NCBI RefSeq assembly: GCF_000150275.1 | Contig: NW_002060951.1 | Coordinates: forward strand, 797,503 to 861,502 | Source: Trichoplax adhaerens | Lineage: Eukaryota > Animalia > Placozoa | Reading direction: 5' to 3' | Length of the DNA stretch: 64,000 nt | Shown here: one piece after another, positions 42,101-54,100 of the stretch | Numbering within the stretch: the stretch's first letter is position 1 | Layout: every line of letters starts with the position of its first letter | Notes under the pieces: generated by a model | The model's input: the letters and a program-made list of their open reading frames with translations, nothing else | The model's database searches: none | Told to the model about the DNA's origin: nothing | Made by a program: the position numbers and the translations under genes

Positions 42101-45100
42101 CGATGTTGGACCATATCTAGCTCCTGCTAGTTGAACTTGATCGAAAGTCATGGTAATGAGTTGTGGCCTGGTGTACGAGTAACATTGGTATTAAAAATGT
42201 ATCTCAATCTAGTTATATTTGATCTATTTTTAAAAAATCATAAAGCGCATTATTAATCACAAATTAGATTATATCTGCAAGCAACCGTTTATCGGCAGGC
42301 ATATCAAGCCATTGAAAAAACTGAGTAACGCGATCCATAGCCGTGGCATTCCTATAGTCACAAAAAGTATTTAAATTAGAACTGATGATGTTCTTGGCAT
42401 CTACAATTAGCTGTTCATTACTTACATGTTGGGAGGAAACCGATAATTGGGATGATATCCTATAATAAATCATTTCAAAAATAGAAAAATAGTATTATAC
42501 TACCAATTTACAACAGTATTACTTATATTTAAGACGTTATATTTCTTGAACTGATTTCAAATACTATAATTCATTTAATGTCAACTCTCTTACTGTCTTC
42601 CTACCTTGGAAATTGGCTTGATCTCCTGGCCAAAAGTAGCTTGCTGTAGTAATATTATTTTTGTTAGCGGTTACCCAAATCTATAGAGATGGATAGCCAA
42701 AAGTAAAACTTAACATTAAACTTAACTTGAGATAGAGATTTTAGAGCTTTTTATTAGATATACGGTACTATATTACTGTAGACTTACCGGTTCACCACCC
42801 CACCATTTTTCTTGGGTTCCATTGACGCCCTTAAAATCAAAAGTTTCTTGAAAATTGGGATCGTAAAAATTATCAGCAACAATGCCATGACTAACTGGGT
42901 ATAGACCCTAATTAGTAGAAAGAAATGACGAATTTAGAAAAACTTTATCTCATTACTATTAATAAAATGTAAATGTAAAGAATTCAAATTCCGATAAAAG
43001 GATATTTATCATGTACTGTTAAAATACTGTAGAGATTTGGCAGCGTTTGCGTGGGGAAAACTGGTTTCATATAGTCTGCTTGGGTACCCTTGGAAGCAAA
43101 AGCGGAAATATTGGGTGTTTGACCACGATTAAGATAATCCCAACGGAATCCATTGAGAGAGATGACCAGTAAAGGTGCAGGAGTTATACTACATTTGCAA
43201 ATAAAGCGCTAATGGATCAGCAATTGTCAGTTATAATTTCACGATTGTATCTCTAGCATCTCTTAGGTGTATTAAATTCTAAATTACAATAATTCTTTTA
43301 CCACTCTGAAATGTGTTAGTGGAGCTACCGATTTAATGAAGCTTGTATTCATTAAATTAACCTGCATGGTGGGAATGTTATTGGTGGTAGGGTAGTTGCT
43401 GGTGGAGTTGTAGGTTGTTTAGTAGCCGGTTGTGTAGTAGCAGGTGGTGCAGTTGTCGATTGCTCAGGTGTGGCTGAATTCGTGGATTGCGTAGTAGCAG
43501 GTTTGGTTGAGTATGTGGATTGTGCTGTAGGTGACGATGTTGGGCATAAATTGCCGCCTTGTTGCCCTTGATTTACACCTATTGAATTGAGTAATTATTA
43601 ATTCAACTACAGAACTATTAGCACGGCTTTTTGGCGCAGAATTATCTGACTATACAGTTACAGACCTCTTTGGTTAGCAAACCAGCCGATCATGAACCCA
43701 AGACCGAAAACCACACCAATTACGAGAATGCCGCCAACCTGAATAAAAAATTAGGAATGGTGGAGGAAAAGATTATTTAATTAAAATATGAAATTTTAAT
43801 CTTAAATTTAAAATTATTCTAAATTTTTCGCTTCACTAAAGTGGCCGTTCCATAATAATATCACGGCTTAACTTTTTTAAATTATTAAAATTCATCTCGT
43901 AACGAAAAGGTATAAATTAGGTATTTCCACGCAAAATGTAAGAGCATCGTACGGCGACATCCTATATTAGTAACTCAATTCGTTATCCTTTAATGTGTGC
44001 TTATAATCAAGTTATAATTAATCGCAGATTTTATTCAACATTCACAGGGCTATCTTACAGCGATATAATATTCGTTCATCGTATTCGTGTCACTAGAGCT
44101 CACCCTAAATCCAAACAATACGTTATATATTTTCTTTTATCTGAAAGTAAGGAAATACGGTCCCCTACGGCAACAACAAAATTTAAGTACCGTACCGTAA
44201 TTAATCACTAATGGAAAGAAGCAAATTCATGAGTAAGGAATACAATCATAAGCGAATAAGGAAGCATTATTTATAAGTAAAACGAAGAAGTTTATACTAT
44301 AAATAAATAAAATAATGTAATATTACGATGGAATTGGGTTGATTATGCCTCTGCTTATTAACATACAAGAAAGTCCAGATATATAGCAGTGAAATTGATT
44401 GGATATGTCCACCAAAATGAATCATACTATGGTTATAAGCTTATATACTATAAAGTAAAAATATTAATATTACTACTAAATACGACAGACTTATGTTTAC
44501 ACCTGTCACGTTAACATATACTATAAATTGAAAAAAAATTATCAGTTATCTACGTAAAATCGATGACTACTGAAATATATTATAGTCACCAAATTATTAT
44601 CCAATGGATAAATGAACGCTTGTATAATATTTGTGTAACTAGGGTCCAGCTGCCTATCTATAACAGTTTTCAACTATATGCATGCTTGTGTAAATTCATA
44701 TAAGCGATTTCAATAGATTTCGATAGGAAAATAAGATTTTGCTATTGCGGATAAATCGTAAAATTGAAATCCGTCGCCATATTTATTACGAGCTAAAGGC
44801 TGGTTACAGAAACCAGTATATCATTAGATCCGATCGTTCTCAAATTCAAATCTTTGAGGTTCATTACTTACGACATAAATAATATTTTTTCTCCTAGCAT
44901 CAGCTTTATTGCTGCCTCTAAGACCTTCCACTTCCAACTTTTCTCTCTAAAAAGTAAAATGTTTAAAACTATCAGTATGCAAACAAATATTTGACTCGAC
45001 GACCTCGACTCTGATATAGAATGTTTTAAATAAAATATAAATAAATTTGTTCTATAAGAATGCAAATTCAAAACTACTTCATTCCTGAATTTTTCTATTC

Positions 45101-47405
45101 TTATAAGGGCAAATTTCTATCTAATTTCTATTAGCTGCTATCGAGTGGTTTTTGTTCGTATATAAGTCGAAAGATAACGATTCATGGCTATATTGATATC
45201 AATCTGACATACAGCGGGTAAATAAAGCGTTTTTTTTGCCTCAAATAGAAACAGTTTTGAGTTATAAACTTATGATCTTCCACCTATTTTAATTTAACTA
45301 ATAGTTGTTATTTTGGCTAAAGGCAACAAACAACTTTAATTATTAACCTTGGCTGAAATCACAACAGCCAGTAGTGAAAAATTTGATTTTACACAGTTCT
45401 GCTAAAGCTTTTGTGTATATATGCAAGACCGCTAAAATCATTATTTCTGCAACTGTGTTGTTTAAGTCAGATATTTCAGGAGCACGACTACTTTTGAAAT
45501 TTTATTATAAGAAATAGAGTCTGGAAAGGAATTGCAGCCAATACAGTACTGGATTTTAAATCATATTCAATTCTTGACAAGAATTATCAGACGCCTTGCC
45601 AAGCCTCGTCAATTTGCACGGAAAGATAATAAAATTAATTAATTATAATTTACTATTAAATCTAACTGAAATGGCAAAACCCATTTGAAATTGTTCGCTA
45701 GTTAAGAGCATTAATTCATGTGATACAGGTTTATAGCCAATCTTGGGCTGTTCAATCAATATAATCAATATGGATTCGAAGATATTGATGATATGACGAC
45801 CAATAATTTACTCCATTCAGTAACTTAAATTTGTCTTATTACTGTCTGTCTATCATTATAAAGGTAATTAAATTAATTAATATTCCTATATCATGTAATC
45901 GCCAGTTCTAAGAATTACGAACGGACAATCTCAACCATCTTCAAGATTACTTGAACGTTTCTAGAGAATGACAGTATCTACCAGATATTTTTGGAGAATT
46001 ACGACCGGACAATCCCAATCATCTTCAAGATTACTGGAACATTATTTATACAAGCCATGGAGATCAAACAGAGCCATTAAAAGTCGACTACTTAAATGTT
46101 TATATATGTAGTAAGACAACTTATTTATCCTAGCGGTATTAACCTTGATTCTATCAAATTTTGCATCGAACTTTGACAACTAGGATGGATTTAATGTATC
46201 ACTCTGCTTAACATAGAGAGTAAAATTAAAGGTATTCTATCATTGCGCATTTCTACGACGAAGGCCTAGCAGTATCATTACATAGATCAATTGAATTGTG
46301 ACTAATCCATGCAGTGGCTTTTGCTTTTATCCCTATAGTAGTCTATAATTACGTTGATAATTACCCTAGCAAAATTTTTGTCCGCATTAATTTGGGAAAA
46401 CAGTTTAAAAATATCCTTTCGATATTCGGTAGTAGCTTGGGACTAAGTAGCATCGTTAAAGTAGGATAGGCGGATGACTACCGAATCATAACTAATGCAT
46501 CCAGCTGATTCAACCTTATTCTACACAGTTTGCAATTGAAATTTGGATTGATTTGCTTCAATATCTTGCTATGGATGAAAAATAGATTTATGGTGATAAA
46601 GATCAAATAAATCCAGAATAAACTGCGTCATTGCTTATGCTCTGCCCTTAGTACTTTATAGGTATAATTTCAATTAGACTAATCAATTAACTATCACGCT
46701 AAAATGAGGATTTAAAATGTCCTAACGTCATTCGTTCATACTATCAACATCGAGCAGATTCAATAATATCAATTTGATAATGCTAGTGGTATCAGGTTTT
46801 AACTATCTAGAGGGCTTACATGATGTCTTAACTCCTTCTGTAATCAACATTTGTATCTATTACTACTTCATCTCATTACATTCGTTTTTTTAACGAGATC
46901 AAATATTACCAGTGATCGATAGCTATGTTATATTTAAAATTCTTAATATTACAAATAAAATTTGATTTATTGAGGATAATATCTGGCTTTATCGAATGAT
47001 TGAGGGTATAAAGAGTTGAGTATATAGAGAGGGTGCTGCCTATATATATACAAGCGCTATTAGCAACTGAAATGACATTCAAACTTAGGATCGGAGAATG
47101 ATTATGCCAAAAATGTTTGAAACTGTTATTTTAAATTTATGTGCACGACGTATACGTGCAAGATCTATTCAATATTATCTTACGAGGGACAGCATCAATA
47201 TTTAGGAGTAGCCTAAAATTTTTCGAATCAAATCTATTATCAGGGAAAGAAATATACTTTTATATTCTAAAAAATAAAAACTTAGCAAGTAACGGAGAAA
47301 TTGGAACAATTTTAACGTAGATTCTTGATTGAATGCTGGTAAAAATTAGCTAAAATTATTCCTATAAAATTGTAGTTATTTCCTTACCTCTATTCTATTC
47401 TCCAT
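36140..47405 (-). CDS. ENPP-family copy A: type II TM, Thr/Pro stalk, degenerate alkaline-phosphatase-fold PDE domain, intact-looking DNA/RNA non-specific endonuclease domain (~24 exons; 47405-47388, 44946-44872, 43738-43666, 43578-43362, 43188-~43016 ... 37664-37535, 36979-36896, 36795-~36674, last exon ending 36140)
   Basis: TM VVGGILVIGVVFGLGFMIGWF after RRK; [109 protein letters not shown]. Confidence 0.9.
45911..46040 (+). repeat. 46-bp imperfect direct repeat (45911-45956 and 45995-46040) in intron 1 of ENPP A
   Basis: agaattacgaacggacaatctcaaccatcttcaagattacttgaac vs agaattacgaccggacaatcccaatcatcttcaagattactggaac. Confidence 0.85.
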
Positions 47406-48664
47406 TTTTCCAAACGATTTTACTCTATCTTTCTGCGATCGACTTAACAAGAATGCTTAAGCTCTAAGAGTTAGAGAAGATATCAGAAATATGCACAAAG
47501 GTACCAGTTTATAAACGATTAATTAGCAAATCATGCTAATTAAGAAAATAATAAGAAGGAGGAGAGTTAAGAATCAATAGATGAAGGAGGATCATAATCT
47601 AATTGCAATTAAAAGCTTCTTTATGTTTTGCCCCCTACCGTATAACTATGAATAAATAATGTTATTGTTACTTTAGACTGCAACAAACAACTATTGATTC
47701 AATTCACAAATGCTCTAACATTGATTTTAACTGGATAGCGTAAGAATTTTTATTGAAGATTAGCAAATTTATGTAATTATCATTGATCTCTTCTCATAAC
47801 AATAATAAATAGTAAGGTATGCGTAGTAATTATTTTCGTCATTTCACCAATGCAATACAATAATTCAATAAAATTTTCACAGCTAAATCTTATCGTACTT
47901 GGATACGTAATCCACATTGTGAAGATGTACCCTATTAATTTCATTCTATCTAAGCTATTCTAATTTTAAGACGCAATTGCTACAATAAGTTTATTTTAAT
48001 TCCAAATGTCAACTACTAAATTGATTTCGCAGTAGGATACTGTTACGTCAAATAGATGCATAGTATTCACGTAAATAAACTGTAGTACTGATCCGTGAGT
48101 AGCTGTTGCTAATGGTAAAAGTTGGCGGTTATCAACTAATATAAGTAACTTTAAGATTGTAATGCTGTGACTCAAAAAATTTTATAGCAAGAACTTCACT
48201 TTCTTGTAAAATTTTACTTTATTGTATAAATTGGTCCTCCTAACAAATTGCTAATGACTACCTTCAGTCACCTTCAGTCTACAACTTTTTGACTTATTAT
48301 AACAAAATCTATGATTAATATGTGATGCAGTGATGCAATGTAAGCATCACTATGTTTTTAAAAAGCTACGGTATGCATTTAATTATCATATACAATTAAA
48401 AATTTTCACAATTTTACAATCTAATTTTACATAATGAACTATTTTCGTACAACATGATAACCACAATCTTAAGCTAATTTTGGACTACAAAAGTGCTCTT
48501 GTAATATACCGTAATTAAAGGACGTACTTAATAAAATTTTGAGTTTCTAATATATGTTATTAGTTACAATTCGATTAGCTAAAATGGTGAGCAACAAGTA
48601 GTTGTAGTTTGTAGCTTACTTTGGATCCGTATAATAAAACCCAGAAATGCTTTAGCAATCGTAA

Positions 48665-51135
48665 AGGACGTGCGGGATAAAATTTTAATTTCCTAACCAT
48701 CATCATTCTAATAACCTCTTCTATTTACTTATTTTTCAGGTTACAAGAATAAGTGATACAACAATGCATTAAAATCCTCCTATAAAAGAACAGTAAAATA
48801 GGCTCAGGCACGTCTTTTATATTAACACTACGGCAATATGCCTTTTTTCCTATAATTTTATAAAATAAAATAGCTGAATATAAAATTAAGCTATTTTAGG
48901 AATGATTGCTCTAACCGTCAAAACGATCTCAATTAATTTAGTAGTTAAAGGAGTTCATATACAGGTATACAGACCTATAGATACTTTATGCTTTCGAGAA
49001 AATATTGCAGTGCTGTATTGTTGCAATCCCTACTCTACAGTACTACATACCGCATATTGGAGAAATTATTACAGCACTGTTTATTTATTATTCTTACATA
49101 AACTGTATTCTTGGTGAATGCATAAAATTGATTTTATTACACCTCAATTTCCATTAATTATCATTGCAGTTGAACATGTAATTTTACCTATCAATATAAG
49201 CAGACCACTTATCAATAAGAATATATAAATGGCTAAAGTTGGTCTTTATTTCAAATAAGAGATTAGTCTAAAGCTATCAAAAAAAATTGTAAATTGCATA
49301 ATTATTTCTATTGTAGATTATACGCATTGAAGTTTTCATATATTCTAATTCATTAATGCGTTGTAAAATATCTTAACTCATACTCTACTAATAGCCTATA
49401 AAATATTTACTAGCAACTATAAATGATAAATTGAATTTATAACGCAAGGTCCAAACTGTAAGCGTTTAGAACTATGAAAGTGCAATTAACGAATCATGTA
49501 AGCTAGTAAAGTTAAAAAATCGACCATAACTCTGTGGGTGTTTGGGTTTCAAACGTAACTTGTAACTCTGCTGAAAGTTCAGGGAAGAAATCGATGCCAG
49601 TCAATTTTTCGATATCAGCTATACTGGAAACATGATCAAAGATTTGCGATACGGCAGACTGTAAAGCAAAAGAAGTGGGAATTCAAAAATCAGAATATTA
49701 CTCCTCAAAATTTGAACTGTAGATACAAAATAATCATTAATAATACATGACCTATATTCGTGTTCAGATATCATCTACAGTATAAGTCTATTATATGCAT
49801 TTATAATATGAAATTTAATACTATGTAATTAAGGGAAATACGCGTCTAATACGTGTGTATGACCTTTAAAACTTACATTATTGAGGCATAAAATCGTACA
49901 AGATACTCGGGTGGACGCATATATCAGATTTTACAATATTGATATATACGAGTAAACTACTACGGATGCGAAATGTGTTGTATCTGCCGAGTATTTAGCA
50001 TAGTAATACTAGCATAAAATTATAAAAATTCAAAGACCTGTAAAGACTATTATTAATGTAACAGCAACCCAGAAAATCTGTACATGGCTACTCCAGTTGA
50101 AAATAACGACGCACAGTACTTATGATACAAAAGACTATTATTAATATGAAATTCCCGTCTAATACCTTGTCACGTACCTTAGTATTGAGAACGTAGACTG
50201 TTAGCAACGTTTAGTATAATGTACAGTAACGTGACTTTCAATTTTTATCTTAAAACATATTTAGCAGCTTATGACTACAAACTACAGATCGTAGTGGAAG
50301 ATTCTATGCTACAGATGACTATATACAGTAGGGTGTCGAGTTACTATTAAAATTAAAGATAAAATAGAGCTGTAATTCATACATTAGGATATAGTTAGTT
50401 CATCGTACTTTGACTGGTAGAAATAGTATCTATATAAATACTGTAGTCGATTGCACATTGGATTAATAATGGTCCGCTGTAAAATTTTGTTACCAATAAT
50501 AACCTGGATATCAGTAAAATATGGTAGAATGTTGCTATACTGCTTGTAGCTGTGAATGCTACAAAGAGCATACTAGCTAGTAACGTTTATTATTCTAATA
50601 GTTCTTTCTAGATACGTTTAGTAGTTGTATTCGGCTAGAGTAGAGCTGTGCAAACCTAATCTTCGTATAAGATTTAATAAAGTTCTAAATTTTCTATAAA
50701 TTATAGATATTTGAGATCGGTTACATACATCACCTACCTGCAAACTATTAACACTAGACTTAAAATACCTATATAAGCAGCTATTAATACAAGTATGTAA
50801 AATATAATTTAAATTATTAATGTAGTATCACTATTTCTATAGAAAAAAGGATAAAGCATCAGTATATTTCGGTATTGTTAAATATTTAAAGTACAGTATT
50901 ATTGCAAGAATCTCATTAACATCAGTGGATTTAATAATATATATCTACAGTTTATACAACTACTATTATCCAAATTTTAAAAAATCGTTTTCTATTGTTA
51001 TTTACGTAATTATGTTTACATGGTTAAATTATAATTTAGACCTCGATTTGACCGATAATAAAATATTACAAGTATTCTTACGTGACATTGAGGTGAGGCT
51101 GATTTACTATGTGGCAGTATAAATGATAATGCTTC
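48665..51135. repeat. Segmental duplication unit (ENPP B 3' end plus ~850 bp of downstream flank), homologous to ~62010-64000
   Basis: Colinear blocks, e.g. gataaaattttaatttc at ~48675 and ~62020, aaagctatca at ~49270 and ~62751, last exon, and intron segments. Confidence 0.85.
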
Positions 51136-54100
51136 CAATTTACCACCACATGGTTTGTGATTGCTTGCTGATCCATTACATGCGACTTGATCCGAGTCTT
51201 GACATTTTACAACTATTTTATAAAGATGCGTCGGAATAGCTACAGAGCCTATTTCGCCGTTTAGCCAACTGAGAATAGAAATAAGGACAATAGCTACTTA
51301 CTATAATCTATTCTTTTAATTAGAATTCTATACTAAAGTGGCTACGATACTACTTACTATGAAGGATCGCTCATGACCGTTTCATGATCGGCTTTTATCA
51401 TTGCTCCTGATATAACAAAAATCCCTCCGTACTTTTTAGACCATTTATTAATTAACATCTCCAAGTAGTTCCATGGTCCTAGTTAAAGCAAGTTTTAGCA
51501 TAATAGAATAAGAGGTCAAGATTTCTGTATCGTAGAATATCTACAGCTTATATAAGTTTTCTTCTATACAGGCTAGTCTAACCTGTCTTAAATGCAGCAT
51601 GGAGCGGTACGATATTAGATAACATGTTTGAATTGGATTGAGTTACCACATCGAAGCTTACATCGCCTTAATCAATTCAAATTTATCAAAATGCAAATTT
51701 TATACATTCTTTTTACAATCACACATTGTAGGACACTAGAATATCTTCTTACTTTTAGGCATGAGATGTCCCTTTTCATAGCTGGAGTTTACATAATTTG
51801 AGCAATTAGAAGTCTGTGTTGCAATATCTAATCGTATGTCACGATGATAGCACGTGTCTTTATTAGGAGAGGCAGTCGATTCCTATCGTAGATATAATTC
51901 TCTTATTTTTAGTTAAAACTGTAGTCAAGTTATGAAGCCTTTGGAGTTTAGCCTAACCTTATCAGACAGGAAATAACCAGCGAATAAAGGTATATGGTAG
52001 ATATTACTATATCCAGATATTATTGCTTATGATAAAGTGANNNNNNNNNNNNNNNNNNNNNNNNNNNNNNNNNNNNNNNNNNNNNNNNNNCAAGATGAAA
52101 GAGTCGATGGAGTATTCTTTCAGCATCTCAAAATAATTATAAAATTGACTCCTAAAGTAGAAGCTTATATAGGTAGGTATCAACTAGTATAAAAAGTATT
52201 CAAATCAATCGGTTGGCCTATTAAGATTACAAAGTGGCAAACTGCAAAATATGAATGATAATTATAATCGTAGCCATAAGTATCATTTAGCTTATCAGGA
52301 CTAGATCAAATTAAAATTACTGATGAATAACCTAAAATAATACTTACATGGCAAAAAGAACAAATACATTCGGTGCAATTCTGTCTAACTGCTAAGATTG
52401 CAGATTCTTGAGGTACTCTGCATACCTTACCTATTGTTTAGAGCCGTGGAGATTTAGTTATATCATTAGCTTATATAAATAATTTTAATTTTATTATTTA
52501 TATCTTATAACGCCTTATTTTTTCTTCCAGACAGGATATAATCCGTCAAAGTAGACTAGCTTACCGGGTAGACTAGCACTAGATTTCGAAATTGGTGGAG
52601 GATTTTTTAGAATATGATGTAGTCTTCCAAGTGTCCCATTATTTTTAGCTGGTGAAACATTTAAAATAGCTAGATGGAATTAATCATACCAGTTAGTATA
52701 CATTAAATCTAATGGTTATCTACAGTATTTAGACTATCTTACCCATTTAAAGCTAGAAATCAAACAAAAATTTTTATTTTGTAAGTTTTATAAAACTAAA
52801 ATTTATTTTGTACCGTATGATTATATGGAAATCTGATTAGAGTTGCATGTTCAGGTCGTGATTAAATTTAATCAAGATTTAATACTTAAATGCTATATCG
52901 ACTAGGGTAACAGCTTCGATACTATAAACATATTAAACCAAATAATATATCCCATATTCTATATATGGTGGGAAAAAGTGAATTTCTTTTAAGCTACGGA
53001 ATTCTTATCAATTTCGTAGCTAAAACTGTTCACAGATTCCTTTGAACCGTCGATACGGCCTATGGTATATTTTTTAACTAGAATAAAAGCTAAACTTACT
53101 AGCCATTAAGTTATAAATTTCGATATTTAAAAAGGGTTTGATAATAAGTCCACTCTTAAAGGCTGGTCCGCCTGCTATAAAAATTGTTCTCATGTCTGGA
53201 TCCAGATTGTTCCAACCGTGATTAGCGCCATGGCAGGATGTGAAATCAGGATCATATCTACGATTTAAATTTTACTTAGCTTTGATCATCTATAAACAGT
53301 TAAACGATATTTTAAAGACTGCTAATAAGACTTACGAAGGTCTAACGATCCAATTTGAATCCGGCAAAACTACAATTTCGGGTATACGCCTAATTGAAGT
53401 AATGGATCATTGCATATGCTTGAGAACAATACGGTATAAAGCATCCCAATTCATTATAAAAATTCATTAAACTAACCTGTTATCATAATAGTGCATACGA
53501 ATTGGCAATTCTTCTCTCTTAAATACTTTCCAGTGTTTATTTTTACACTGCAAATACGTGTACGTAAAATATTCGAAGTTAAATTAAATAGAATTTAGTT
53601 ATAAAATGCTGAATTGATATACTTTTCTGTATAATAATTATAAAAAACAAAGAAAGAATCCTTACTCGCAACTGTTCTACAACTTCATCAACGTTACCTA
53701 TGAGAATTAAAGGAAAATAAAGCTTATCCAATTAAGACATATTTAGCAGTTTATGGTTACAGATGCTTAATGTCATCTAGAACTAGAGGACAGCATTCAG
53801 TGTTTGACTGGTCTCATTTCAAATATAAATTTGGATTTAACATAGAACAGTATAGCAAGTATGATCAAAGATAAAAAATCCACTCAAGTTTGTGTCATAA
53901 TATTCATAAAAAGCTTGCACTACTTGTAATTTTCTTAACAATATCAAGGACAGAGATTCTTTCAATAGTTATGAATGCCATTGTTAAAAATCTTCTTTGT
54001 AACAAGAAACCGGGTCTTAAACACTATCTTCACTAGTACTCGTGTTCCCAACTAACTTAGGGACATATCGTAGTTCAACTAACTCTCAGCTACACAAATA

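Noticed and set aside
45911-46040. CRISPR-like repeat-spacer-repeat or 28-aa coding repeat
   Set aside because: Only two imperfect copies in a eukaryotic intron; the frames examined contain stops.
50925-51122. Duplicated + strand ORF (also 63799-63987)
   Set aside because: Antisense shadow of the duplicated ENPP exon and intron.
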